From positions 80,848,001 to 80,912,000 of the forward strand of contig OX597823.1 of NCBI GenBank assembly GCA_951406725.2: a stretch of DNA of 64,000 bases. Reading direction: 5' to 3'. The number at the start of each line of letters is the position of its first letter. Positions within the stretch are counted from its first letter, which is position 1. The translations under genes and the position numbers were made by a program. The stretch comes from Octopus vulgaris. Taxonomy: Eukaryota. Positions 1-12,617 of this stretch are shown here, in pieces. Under the pieces are notes generated by a model, which saw nothing but the letters and a program-made list of their open reading frames with translations, did not search any database and was not told the origin of the DNA.

Positions 1-685
1 TGTAAAAGAGCCAGTGTGGTGCTATGTAAAAGCCCCTGGGTGGTGCCTTGTAAGAGCATCCAGCACACTCTGTAAAGTGGTTGGCATCAGGAAGGGCATC
101 AAGCTGTAGAAACCATGCCAGATTAGACTGGAGTCTGGTGCAGCCCTACCAGCTTGCCAGCTCTGGTCACACCATCCAACCCATGCCAGCATGAACAACA
201 GACGTTAAATGATGATGATGATATACATATATATATCACAGAGGCAGTGATAAGTGACCTAGACCTTTGGCAATATGTTGTGCTTGATAAGATCTATGAA
301 GCCAAGTGAAATTATAGTCATGGCTGATGCCAGTGTCACATAACTGGCACCTATGCCAGCGACACATAAAATGCACCCTTTGAACATTGGACCTCATGGA
401 GTCAATAAGTTACCATGACCTTTGGAAATATGCCATGTTTGATAAGACCCATCGAGCCAAGTGAAATTATAGTCATGTCTGATGCCGGTAGCACGTAAAA
501 AGCACCAAGTACACTCTCGGAGTGATTGGCGTTAGGAAGGGCATCCAGCTGTAGAAACCATGCCAAATAAGAGTGGAACCTGGTGTAGCCCTACAGCTTA
601 CCAATTCCAGCCAAACCATCTAACTCATGCCAGCATGGAAAGCAGTTGCTGAATGATGATGCTGATGATGATCACACACACACAC

Positions 686-733
<48 letters not shown>

Positions 734-1510
734 TGTATATACCGGTGTACAGGACGGAATTTGAACTTTTAAAAAATCACCCCAAAACTAGGAATCGTCT
801 TATACACCGTATAAAATCTGAACCTTAACTTCTTGTGGATTAGAGTAGCACCACTCTCAGTGGAGAACAGTGTAAAGCACTCACTTAGACCCTATGGGTC
901 TGCAGAGCAGTATTTTCTACTGATATATGCACATATCGATGGAGAACACCGTAACGTAAAACACTCACATAGATCCTATGGTTCTACACGTATGTTTGGG
1001 AAACTGGATTAATAGTAAGATTATATTAAAATAACAGCACAGCGAAACAGCCGACAAACAGAAAATGTAAACATTCAGTCTGCTCAGCAGGTCCCAGCAT
1101 CCATTCTGTTTACGCTGCCTCGTTAGATTACACTCTCATTCAGCGCTCAGCCAGCCGAGGGCTTTCGAGACAAGTGTAGTTACCTTCTGTGACTGGCCAG
1201 TTCGTGTCAGTGAGACCAATTACAATAAACCCTACAGTTACCAGTTAATTTTAAACATTTACAGATAGGATTTCTTGAAAAGGATCAAGCTGTCACTCTT
1301 TCATAAGCAGCAGTACGCTCACTGGGTGAACATTAATTTACACCATCTGTGAAACCCCATCATGTCTCCAAGTGATAAACGAAGGAAATATGAAACTGGT
1401 TTTAAGCTGAAAGTGGTAGCATACTCCAAGTCCCACAACAACTGTGCTACTGCGAGAGAATACGGTGTAACCGAGAAGATGGTAAGAGTTTGGAGATTAA
1501 AGGAAGACTT

Positions 1511-1723
1511 GGCAATCTTTCGGTACATGTACCATAACTGCCAATTACTGTTTGTTTACATTTGAAGAAGAATATCGTCACTTTCGTAAGGTTTTTTTTT
1601 TCTTTTATATATGTGGGGTTGGAGTTAGGGTTAGTGGGAAGGGTTTCTTTTTTCTTCAGAAATGTAAATAAACCCACGTGGGTTTATAATTGGCAGTTAT
1701 GGTACTTGTACCGAAAGATCGCC
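1511..1723. mobile_element. Merlin-like MITE 1
   Basis: About 37-bp TIRs starting GG (ggcaatctttcggtac...gtaccgaaagatcgcc) and exact 8-bp TSD GAAGACTT (1503-1510, 1724-1731). Confidence 0.8.
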
Positions 1724-2094
1724 GAAGACTTATTGATGAGTATACTCAGGACAAAATGAGAAGAGGCACTGCACACTGGCCGATTCTAGAGAAACATGTA
1801 ACTGATATAGTCGGTGAGCAGCGTCGTTTTATGAAATAAAATATGTATTTGTGCATGAGTGGGCTAAAGCTAAAAAAGAGCACAGCAAAGACTTTAAAGA
1901 CACTGCTTCATGGTGTAGTTGCTTCGTGAAAAGAAATGATTTTGCAATGAGACAGAAAACTAAAATATCACAGAAATTACCAGTAAGTCTTGACGGTAAA
2001 ATTACCAATTTCCATCGCTACATAATACAACTGCGTAAGAGACATGATCATCTATTAAGTAATATCGGAAACATGGACGAAACACCCATAAACT

Positions 2095-2537
2095 GGTTAA
2101 ACTAAAGCATTACACCATTCAAAGAAACAAAAAAAAATGTGTGTGATAGGTGTAAAACAACTTCCTCTGAATGAATATGAAAAAATGCGCGCACGCGAAA
2201 GGGGAGTGGGGGAGAGGCCTCGGAAAATTCACATCGGGAATTTCCGAAAGCGTCTGAGGGGCTGACCTGGGCACCAAAACAAAAACAAATAGTGTAATAT
2301 GTGTAAAACAACTTGCTCTAAATGAATATGACAAAAAAAAATGCGCACTCACGAAAGAGGGGTGGGAGAGAGGCCTCAGAAAATTTACATCTGGAATTTC
2401 CGAAAGCGTCTGACCTGGGCACAAAAACATTTTTTTCATCATATTCGTTTAGAGCAAGTTGTTTTACACCTATTACGCTATTTTTGTTTTTGTTTTTTTG
2501 AATGTTTCTTTGAATGGTGTAACGCTTTAGTTTAACC
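2095..2537. mobile_element. Merlin-like MITE 2 with internal tandem duplication
   Basis: TIR ggttaaactaaagcattacaccattcaaagaaac with its inverse at the right end; exact 8-bp TSD CATAAACT (2087-2094, 2538-2545). Confidence 0.8.
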
Positions 2538-2714
2538 CATAAACTTTGGTATTGTCGGTAATCGAGCTGTAAATACAAAGGGCACAAAAGCAGTGTTGGT
2601 GAAAACAACATGGCATGAAAAGACAAGATTTACGGTAGTACTTTGAAGCATGGCAGATGGAACAAAGCTCAAACCAATGATAATTTCCAAGAAGAAAACT
2701 ATGTCTAAAATCAA

Positions 2715-3045
2715 GGATTGTTTACAACTTGACCCAGAAACGAAAATGAGAAAAGAATAGTGGAATGGGTGTAGGAAAATGTGTAGGAAACGAATATCAA
2801 AAAAAAAAAAAATGCGAGCAAAGCAACGGGGGTGGGGGTGGAGGAGAGAGGACCTCGGAAAATTCATAAGTTTTTCCCCACATAACTTTTAGGAAAATGA
2901 GTTTTTTTGCAATGAAGTTTTATATAAATACCTTTCAAAAGGCATACATTACGATTATAAAGAAATTTGTGGGTAAAATCTTTTCCAAGGGGTGAGGAGA
3001 GGAATTCGGAAAATTCACAAGGCCCAAGTTTTCCGTCATAAATGG
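2715..3045. mobile_element. Third GG-ended MITE, right end lost
   Basis: Interrupts the pogo frame at ggattgtttac; shares internal ggagagg..cctcggaaaattca motif with MITE 2. Confidence 0.5.
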
Positions 3046-3068
3046 ATATATATGTGTGTGTGTGCATG

Positions 3069-3099
<31 letters not shown>

Positions 3100-3751
3100 A
3101 TAGGAGTGGCTGTGTGGTAAGTAGCTTGCTAACCAACCACATGGTTCCGGGTTCAATCCCACTGCGTGGCACCTTGGGCAAGTGTCTTCTGCTATAGTCG
3201 TGACTAGTCGATCCTACAACGACTACCTAGCAAAGTAAATAAAATACAAAAACACAAAGGATCGACTAGTCACGACTAGCTAGAGCAGATGCGCGAGTAT
3301 GCGAGTGCGCGTACCGGGACCACTCTTTGTTAAGTAGTACCGAAAATTTTATGCAAAAGGTGGAAACATGTGTACCCCGGAATTTGGATGTGTTATGTGA
3401 ATTTGTTATCAAGGCATGGAATGATATTAAAGCGGAAACGGTTATCAGGTCTCTTAAAAGGTGCAGAATATCTAACTTACTACGTAGTACCGAGGAGGAC
3501 ATGCTGTGGGAGGATAAGAGGGAAGCAGAAGTCCAAGCCACTCTATCTGATTCTGAGTTTGATCCTTACGTTGATTCTTTGATAAATGCACCTCACGATG
3601 TACTTCAAGAACCTCTGATGTCAGATAATGTGCCTTTTGAAGGTTTTTAATATATGATGATTGAAGTAATGATCATTTTTATCAAACTATGCTAATAAAA
3701 TTAAAATCTTCATTGTTTAATTTGCTTTTAAAACATTGCGAATTACTATAT

Positions 3752-3981
3752 ATTTCTTTACTACCCACAAGGGTAGTAAACACAGAGGGGGCAAACAAGG
3801 ACAGACAAACGAATTAAGTTGTTTATATCGACCCCATTGCGTAAGTGGTACTTAATTTATCGACCCCAAAAGGATGAAAGGCAAAGTCGACCTCGACGGA
3901 ATTTGAACTCAGAACGGCAGACGAAATACGGCTACGCATTTCGCCCGGCGTGCTAACGTTACTGCCAGCTCGCCGCCTTTC
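3752..3981 (-). mobile_element. tRNA-derived SINE family B (Nin-like core), young copy
   Basis: 16-bp TSD TTGCGAATTACTATAT (3736-3751, 3982-3997). Related copies near 8975, 15490, 16316, 18575, 19975, 26300, 28269, 29755, 44080, 44320, 60853. Confidence 0.85.
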
Positions 3982-6021
3982 TTGCGAATTACTATATTAA
4001 ATAGATGTGTATACGTATATTTCTGTAATAAACGTATTTAGTATTCATGTCATTTTTACCATCCATATATTAATATCATATATGTACCTAGTGGTGCTGA
4101 TCAGAAACTGGTACAAACAGTTCGAACACAGTCCTACCAATATTCTCGCGAAGCAAGACAAAATTTACAGATTAGAGCGTGTGAGATACCACCGGAGAGG
4201 TCTGCGTCGACGAAGAGAACGTAGGTGTCTTTACTTCAAATCTCCCGCATACACCACAGAGTGTACAAATTAGCAGTGTACTTTATAACAACATTTCTAA
4301 TATATTACAATATAATATTATACATAGCGTAAATCTATAAATATATATATAAAGCTGAAGTTGTCTGTGTATGGTAGGTTTGGTAGCCTTCAACTAACAC
4401 TATCTCCTCGGAGACCCTGCGGCGCAAGTTGACAAAAATTGAGAGTATGATAGAAGAAGGCTTGCTCTTCATTCCGTAGAAGAAAAGATTCAAATCGGAC
4501 CATGTTAAAACCAAAAATTATTTACATCAAAAAGGTGCTTTTTTTCTATGAAAATCCCTATTTTTTACGATTTTTTGACTGCTCTGTCGTCATTTTTTGG
4601 TGTATTTCAACCAGAAAAATATTCACTTAAATTTTTATCCTGAAAATCACCTGTTACTTTTGTTTTAAAGTGAAAGAGCGGAGAAAGTGAAAGGTGTATG
4701 AACGTGTGTGTTCATTTCATACATCTTTCACTTTCACGGGGAATTTGGTCAAACGTGGAGAAAGCACAGAGTGAGAGAGCAAAAACGAAAAGATATTTGT
4801 GGAGAAATGATTTATGGGAGCGGATGAACGTCTAAATTTGTCATGGAAAAGAATAAGAATTATATAATGAAAAAGAGAGCGGGGAAGTTTGGTATTAATG
4901 AAGCTGGCTTAGGGAATGTCTTTGTGAATTTATGCTGGGGTTATTTACCGGATCTACTGTAGAATAAATAAGTTAATATATTGTAGCACCCTGTAAATAC
5001 ATTTAAACTGAGTCAAAGCAAAAGAAGATATAGGAGTAGTAATGAAAGGGTTAACCCTTTCATTATCAACCCAGCTGAAACTGGCTCTGACTCCAAGTAT
5101 AAACGTCTTGTCTTCATAAGTTTTGAATTAAAATCTTTCACCAAACCTTAGTCACAATTTATGTTCCTAACACTAGCTTAATGTTAATTAAATTATTTTA
5201 CTAAATTCTTTGTTATATTTTAAATAATTGAAAGAAACACAGAGCATCTCAAAATAAATACAGTAATGAAAGGAGAGTGGGGAGAGAAGGGGAGGGACGT
5301 GGACGATAATGTTTTTGGTCAGTAGGGGAATGTAATAGTTCTAGGTAAGTTGGTAATTTATCGCTAATTTTAAAACTACACAGGCACAAATTAACATGCG
5401 TGCGCATATTTTTTTTTGTGTGCCTGTAGTACTTAGTAGGTGTGCATGATGCAATAACAATGTTCATCTGTCGTTGTTGACAATAATCAAGGATATCATA
5501 TGGGAGAAGATGGGTCATGGAGTGTCCAGTTGTGGTTGACCATGCTTGGAAGGCCCTGCCATGGATTGGGCACTGGTGGGTCTGCTGGGCATGAAGAATA
5601 GGAATTGTCTCTGAACTTGCGTAGTTCATGTTTTCTTTGTGCTCATGCAATCCTGTTCTGTTTGTAGGTGGTAGCACCACTGATGGTGCAGCTTTATCAG
5701 GTAGGGTATTCCTGTGCTTACATTTCATGTCAGATAAAAACAAAAAAAGCAAAGAAAAACTGTTTATTCAGATCTATATTAAACAAAGTTAAAAATGCAG
5801 AACATATTTTTTCTCAGATGAGAAAAACAAGAAGATTAACAGAAAAAAGGATAATAGTTATACAGTTCTATATTTAAGAGTTGAGGAATTATTTACATTA
5901 TTTACATTCGATGGATATTTGTCCTCATCTTGTTTGTTAACACGTTTCAGCTGATATACCCTCCACTCTTCTTCGGGTGTCTTGGGGAAATTTTGAACTT
6001 GGGTTCTCAGGTATTTTTCGA

Positions 6022-6058
<37 letters not shown>

Positions 6059-6189
6059 GTTCAGGTTACTGCTTGGAATCGAACTTGGAATCTTGGGGTT
6101 AGTAGCCCATGCTCTTAACCACTACACCATATGCCAGTGGGCATATAGTGGACAAATAGTTATGTTCAGGCTCTTCTAAAGATTAAACA

Positions 6190-6806
6190 GTCATACATAC
6201 AGAATTTCCTGCAACTGCCTTGGCTTTTGGAGTTGTCAGTAATGAAGGACATGTGATGCCTACTTACTTCTTTCCACAAGGCCTTAGAGTTAACTCTGCT
6301 GGTTCATTGAGGTCCTGGAAACAGTTGTCAATATCTGGATAGACAGAATATGCAATGGAAGGCCATATGTGTTTCAGCAGGACTCTGACCCATCAAGTAA
6401 GGGTCAAGCAACCCAATAATGGATGGCTGACAATTTTCATGACCACATAACCCCTAACATTTGGTCTTCTAGCTCATCAGATCTCACTCCATTGGACTAC
6501 TTTGTGTGGAGCCGTGTTGAGAAAGAGTGGTCAAACAATATCCCCATAAGACCAAAGTTTCTTTGAAAGCCATCATAGTCAGATTAATGTCCAATATGAA
6601 CCAGGACCATTTGTTTCAGGCATGTAGATAATTCAGATCTCACTGAGAAACAGTTATTGATGTTGAAGGTGACTTCATTGAATTAAATTATAAAGAAGAT
6701 AATCTAGTTTATATGTACAATTTTTTTCATTAATAAAGTTGTTTTCTGTTATGATATATATATTTTTTCTAAAATAACAGATTTGTCCTCAAATACCTTT
6801 TGCAGC
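6190..6806 (+). mobile_element. Tc1/mariner (maT-like) 3' fragment
   Basis: FQQDS...IWSSSSSDLTPLDYFVW-like remnant ending in the same TIR as the 7038-8214 element. Confidence 0.75.
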
Positions 6807-6978
6807 CTAAGTCATTCATTGCACTCTTGGATTGGTTGGCATTAGGAAGGGCATCCAGCAATAGAAACAATGCCAAATCAGATTGGAAGTTGATGCAGCT
6901 CTCTGGCTTACTAGTTCCAGTCAAACTGTCTAACCCATGCCAGCATGGAAAGTAGATGCTAAATGATGATGATAATGA

Positions 6979-7037
<59 letters not shown>

Positions 7038-7040
<3 letters not shown>

Positions 7041-8214
7041 GGTGCATAAGATATTTGAGGACGGATTTATGTTTATAAAAACACAGATATATAATAACAG
7101 GTAATAACTTTATTTACCAAAAAGTGCTATGAGGATAAAAATAAACCAACTTCTTTATAATGTTATTCAATAAAGCCACCTTCTATATGAGATCTAATGG
7201 TAGCTTTCAAAGAATCTTTGGTGTTATGGGCGTGTTCATTGACATCTCCTTCTACAATACTCCAAATGTAATAGTTCAATGAATGCAGATCTGGGGAATT
7301 TAGAGGCCAAATGTTAAGGGTTATGTGATCATGAATATTTTCAGCCATCCATTACTGTGTTACAAGAGCCATGTGTAATAGTGCAGAGTCTTAGTGAAAC
7401 ACATATCGCTTTCCATTGCATACACTGCCTATCCAGGGTTTAACAACTATTTCTGGGACCTCAATGTAGGCAGCAGAGTTAACTCTAAGACCTTGTGGAA
7501 AGAAGTAAGGAAGGAGGCATCACATGTCCTACATTGCTGACAACCCCTAAAACCATGACAGTTGCATAACACTTGGAACTTCAGAAGGGTCTGCACATAA
7601 CCATGTGTCATTTCTTCTGTTAACCTCTTGATTTTGGTCAAAGTTTTTCTTCCTTGAGAAAAATCAAATCCAATCTTCTGCTGGATTTTTCAGTTTATTT
7701 AAGAGCCTTTTAGATCTGATGTAGGGATTTTCTTTTGCTTTTTCTGATAAATTGACCTTTCCTCATCATATAAGACTTTTATATCTGATGTCTTCATGGA
7801 CAACATTTCTGATTGTTCTTTCTGACACATGGAGATGTTTTGCAATTGACCTCATGAACTTTCTGGGATTGTAATCAATGGTCTGTTGAACTTGCTAGAT
7901 AAAATCAGGTGTTCCGATGATTTCAGAGCATTTAGAATACTTTTTATGCTTTGATACTGGTGATATATATCCATCTTTAATCTCTAGCTCTTTACAAACT
8001 TTGTAGATGAAAGATCAGGCAACTTTTAAAAATTGTGATATTTTAAAATCGCTATACTCAGCCTTTATATCCACAATAACAGCATGCTTCTTCATTTCTT
8101 GAGTATGGTGAGGGTCTGCCATTATTATTTTCTGGAACAAAGATTATACAGAGTTTGCAAAAGATGCAGCAACAACCCAACAAAGGTAGGTCCTCAAATA
8201 CCTTACGCACCCTG
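7038..8214 (-). mobile_element. Near full-length decayed Tc1/mariner (maT/DD37D-like) transposon
   Basis: TIRs ca(a/g)ggtgc(a/g)taag(a/g)tatttgaggac at both ends, TA at right; remnant WPLNSPDLHSLNYYIW. Confidence 0.85.
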
Positions 8215-8228
8215 TATATATACATACA

Positions 8229-8500
8229 GTGAGTTCGATTCCCGGCGACGCGTTGTGTCCTTGAGCAAGACACTTTATTTCACGTTGCTCCAGTCCACTC
8301 AGCTGGCAAAAATGAGTTGTACTTGTATTTCAAAGGGTCAGCCTTGTCACTCTCTGTGTCACGCTGATTATCCCCGAGAACTACGTTAAGGGTACACGTG
8401 TCTGTGGAATGCTCAGCCATTTGCACGTTAATTTCACGAGCAAGCTGTTCCGTTGATCGTACCAGCTGGGACCCTCGTCGTCGTAACCGGCGGAGTCTTT
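8229..8500 (+). mobile_element. tRNA-derived SINE family C (Meta-SINE-like core), 5'-truncated
   Basis: B box gagttcgattccc plus gtgtccttgagcaagacacttta. Relatives at about 15375-15900(-), 37132-37407(+), 60690-61238(+). Confidence 0.75.
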
Positions 8501-8798
8501 AATATACATACATACATACATACATATGTACATACATACATACATACATATATATACATACATACATATAAATTATATTATTCTTTTACTTGTTTCAGTA
8601 ATTTAATTGTGACCATGCTAGGGTACTGCCTTGAATGGTTTAAGTTGAACAAATTGACCCAAGAACTTACTTTTAAAGCCTAATGCTTATTCTATCGGTG
8701 ACTTTTGCTGAGCCGCTAAGTTACAGAGATGTAAACACACCAACACTGGTTGTTAAGCGGTGATGAGGGACAAACACAGACACAAAGGCACACATACA

Positions 8799-8847
<49 letters not shown>

Positions 8848-10824
8848 CATACATACATGTCTACCAAAGTCGACCTCAGTGGAATTTGAACTCAGAACAT
8901 AAAGATAGACGAAATACCACTAAGCATTTCGCCCAGCATGCTAATGTTTCTGCCAGCTTGCCACCTTAAATACTCTTTTTTACTCTAGGCACAAGGCCTG
9001 ACATTTTTAGGGAGAGGGCCAGGTGATTAGATCAACCCCAGTTCGCAACTGATATTTGATTTATCGACCCCGAAAGAATGAAAGGCAAAGTCAACCTTGG
9101 CGGAATTTGAACCGAGAATGTAAAGACAGATGAAATACCACCAAGCATTTCACCTGGCCTGCTAATGTTTCCGCCAGCTTGCTGCCTTCTTTATGGTCTA
9201 AGTTAAAATCAAAATGGGTTTGACTGTGTCTATCGATTACTCCAAGATTCTTGCAACTAGAACCAATGGCAAACTGAATTAGCTCTTACAAATTTGTGGT
9301 CATACACCAATGCAGTAAATATAAAAAATAAAATTATATATATCAAAATGATTTATGAAATCTTTTTGTAACTCTTAATGAATTTTCATGTTAGAATGAA
9401 ATAAAATATATTTTCTTCCATAGAATTAGTACTGCCTTTGTTTTCTTTCAATCAATCTGGTACAATTTAACGATTTCTTTTTCCAGATCTGAGAGGATAA
9501 AAAGTAACAGGTGGTTTTAAATCAACACTACAATAATCTTGGGGTTTATTTTTTTTTTTCAGATATATTAGATATTTGAATGATTAATTTTTACCTTTTA
9601 CTTGTTTTAGTCATTGGATTGTGGCCATGCTGGGGCACCGCCTTGAAGAGATCAAACAGATCAACCTAAACACTTGTTTCTTTTTTAAAGTTTGTTAACT
9701 ATTCTATTAGTTTCTTTAACTTAACCACTAAGTTATAGGGACGTAAACAAACCAACATTGGCTGTCAAGTGGAGGTGAGGGGAAATCACATAATCACAAA
9801 GACACATACCCAAGTGTATGTATATGTATGTGTGTGTGTATATATATATATGTGTGTGTGTATATATATGTGTATGTGTATTAGGTCCTGGTATCTTAGG
9901 TGTAAAGAGAGCAAGTCGCAGCCGGGCCCCCTTGCTTGAGTACTACCAAATACTTTTGTTTAGGCCCTCTAACAACACAGTAGAAGCAGTGCAGCAGCCT
10001 GCTAATGTGCTGCTGCCGACCGCGCAACGCCCTGCCGGCACCAGCCTGACATACATGAGAAGCACTAAACCCAAATACTGGGCTGTCAACATTGTCAAGT
10101 TCCAGACCAATGCCGGAACTGTTCAAGCATAAAGAATTCTTGTTTCATGGCAGTCACAGCATGAAATTGGTTTGGCAAAAAGTAAATTTTATAATCTAAA
10201 TAATAAGAGGACAAAGAAATTCTTTAACACATCTTTAATAATTCATTATAATTGTTTCTGTATCAGTCTCTGCTACTGAACTGCCAAGTTATGGGGTCAT
10301 AAACACACAGTACCAGTTGGTGGGTGACAAATGCAGACACAAACACACACACACATGATGTTGGACGGCCCTTATCCTCATCCAAGCATTACTCAGGAGC
10401 TAAGCTCTTGGTTTGTGGTTCTTCCCAGGAAGAGCCCTGTCTACCCCAATATAAAAATCAGAGTGTTTCTTCTCTTGGTCAGATTGCTGACAGAGGCTAA
10501 TGCATTCTGTCCGCCCAATTTTGGATGGTCGTTGACTCTTCTGAGTTTTTCTGCCCTTTGCTGGGTTTTGTTTTCACCCTGCAGGGTGTCCAAAATCCAT
10601 TTGCACCTCCTCATCAAGCAAACTTAGTGAGGTTGCCAGTTTAGTTGCCGACAGCCTGACCATATCACAGTTAATGTGACATATTAATGTTGCCTTTTTT
10701 TTTTTTTTTTTGGTAAGTGACCTTTATATCTTTTTCCCAGTGAAATCATGGACATCATATGAATCGCAATGAAAATATATATATATATTGATTTATTTTT
10801 TATTTATTTTATTTTATATTTTTT

Positions 10825-10865
<41 letters not shown>

Positions 10866-11029
10866 AAATATAAGAGAGCCAACTTTGAGTATGTTAACAT
10901 ACTCAAAGTTGGCTCTCTTATATTTACGGATAAATATAAATTTGTATCCCAGGTTTATTGTGCTAGGTCGCTCGGTGTTAAAATAAGGGTATTATTGAAT
11001 TAATATCTATAATTTTATTCACCCTCATT

Positions 11030-11068
<39 letters not shown>

Positions 11069-11069
11069 C

Positions 11070-11495
11070 TGCCTTTCAAGCTACTTGATATAATTCTCTA
11101 CTTGCACCATGTTTCCAAGCTTGACAGGCCTGTCTCTTTGTTTTTATAGCACTGTTTACCTCCTTGTTGCCCCACCATGTCACCCTTGACCTAGCTGGGA
11201 CTCTGCACCAACCACAGATTTCCTCTGTAGCTCTCAGTAGACTCTCCTGCAGGAACTTCCAATTGTCCTGTAAGCTATATGTCCCCAACACTTCCATTCT
11301 CTCATCAGAAGCTTCCATTAGAAAATCTCTAAATTTCTGTCTGTTTGCTGGGTCTTTGAACTTTCATATTGGTTTATTTCTCTGAGTCTTTCTAGCTCTA
11401 ATTATGAAGTCCCTACCTAGTAGCCTATGTTGGGTTTTACAGTCTTCACCTGGGAAAGACTTTGTATTTGCAAGCATCTGTCTATCTCACTGCCT
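11070..11495 (-). mobile_element. RTE-type LINE fragment (endonuclease-RT linker)
   Basis: ORF with EEICGW...TWWGNKEVNSAIKTKRQA. Confidence 0.7.
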
Positions 11496-11731
11496 GGTGC
11501 TTATTGTCTGGCATTGGAAATTTGAATCAAATTCAAATTTCTAATGTCTGACGATAAGCATCATCTCACACTTTGAAATTTCAAGTTGAACAGAATTTGA
11601 ATCATGTATGTTTTGATCCATACTCCAAATAAATGTACTGACTGTCCTTCTTTCGTTTGTCCACTCACTCATATATATATATATATATATACTTACACAC
11701 ACACACACTCACGTGTGCGCACACACGCACA

Positions 11732-11785
<54 letters not shown>

Positions 11786-12152
11786 TAAAGAGAACAGCTG
11801 TTTTGTTTACATTCATAATTTTATTCAACATTTATTCACAGCATCCTTTTCTGGACCAGAAAAGGTTCAGAAAAATATGCTGTAAATAACTTTTAAATAT
11901 AATCATGGATGTGAAAAATCTTCATTTCTCCTTATCATTATTAATGATAAAACTTACTCTATGGAAATTATGCAGTTCTGAATAGGTCAATCGCATTTAC
12001 CAAACAAGAAAAATTACCAGAGCCTAACAACTTACTGTTAACTCAGGTATCACAAAAGGACCATTGTGGTTAACCAGCAGCTGAAATTGAATTAAGAGGA
12101 AATATGGTAAATGCTGGGATAATATATCCATTTAAACTCATTATATGTATAC

Positions 12153-12397
12153 TCTTTACTCTTTTTACTCTTTTAGTTGTTTCAGTCATTTGACTGTGGC
12201 CATGCTGGAGCACTGCCTTTTAGTTGAGCAAATCAACCCCAAGACTTATTCTTTGTAAGCCTAGTACTTATTCTATCGGTCTCTTTCATTGAACTGCTAA
12301 GTTATGGGGACATAAACACACCGCCATCGTTGTCAAGCAATGTTGGGGGGACAAACACAGACACAAACATATATACACACACACACATACATATACA

Positions 12398-12451
<54 letters not shown>

Positions 12452-12607
12452 ACTGGCTTCTTTCAGTTTCCGTTTATGAAATCCACTCACAAGACTTTGG
12501 TCGGCCCAAGGCTATAGTAGAAGACACTTGCCCAAGATGCCACGCAGTGGGACTGAACCTGGAATCATGTGGTTGGTAAGCAAGCTACTTACCACACAGC
12601 CACTCCT
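12153..12607 (-). mobile_element. tRNA-derived SINE family A (CORE-like, internal microsatellite), full-length
   Basis: Head aggagtggctgtgtggtaag...ggttcagtcccact (A and B boxes), tail tgactgaaacaa..aaaag. Copies near 3102, 21325, 21806, 23275, 23931, 24623, 41984, 46939, 54128. Confidence 0.85.
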
Positions 12608-12617
12608 ATATATATAA

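Larger units (their letters stand above)
733..3650 (+). mobile_element. Decayed pogo/Tigger-type DNA transposon (Brinker-like HTH, CENP-B HTH, DDE) split by insertions
   Basis: Left end ctgtatataccggtgtac. Transposase fragments: RRKYETGFKLKVV (1362), WPILEKHV (about 1777), IGNMDETP (about 2065), KTTWHEKTRFTVVL*SMADGTKLKPMII (about 2600), AWNDIKAETVIRSLKRCRISN..EEDMLW (about 3415). Right TIR not found. Confidence 0.85.

Noticed and set aside
235-490. Diverged tandem duplication with a period of about 155 bp
   Set aside because: Lies within the RTE-tail family 3' region; ordinary internal repeat
3102-3175. tRNA-like A/B box sequences here and at about 37133 and 43300
   Set aside because: They continue into SINE bodies and lack a full cloverleaf; SINE heads, not tRNA genes
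5040-5065. 26-bp perfect palindrome taatgaaagggttaaccctttcatta
   Set aside because: Explained by two piggyBac-like MITE ends meeting at a shared TTAA
9480-9565. Two acceptor-like pyrimidine tracts with a possible micro-exon
   Set aside because: Weak donor, 52-nt intron and no coding support
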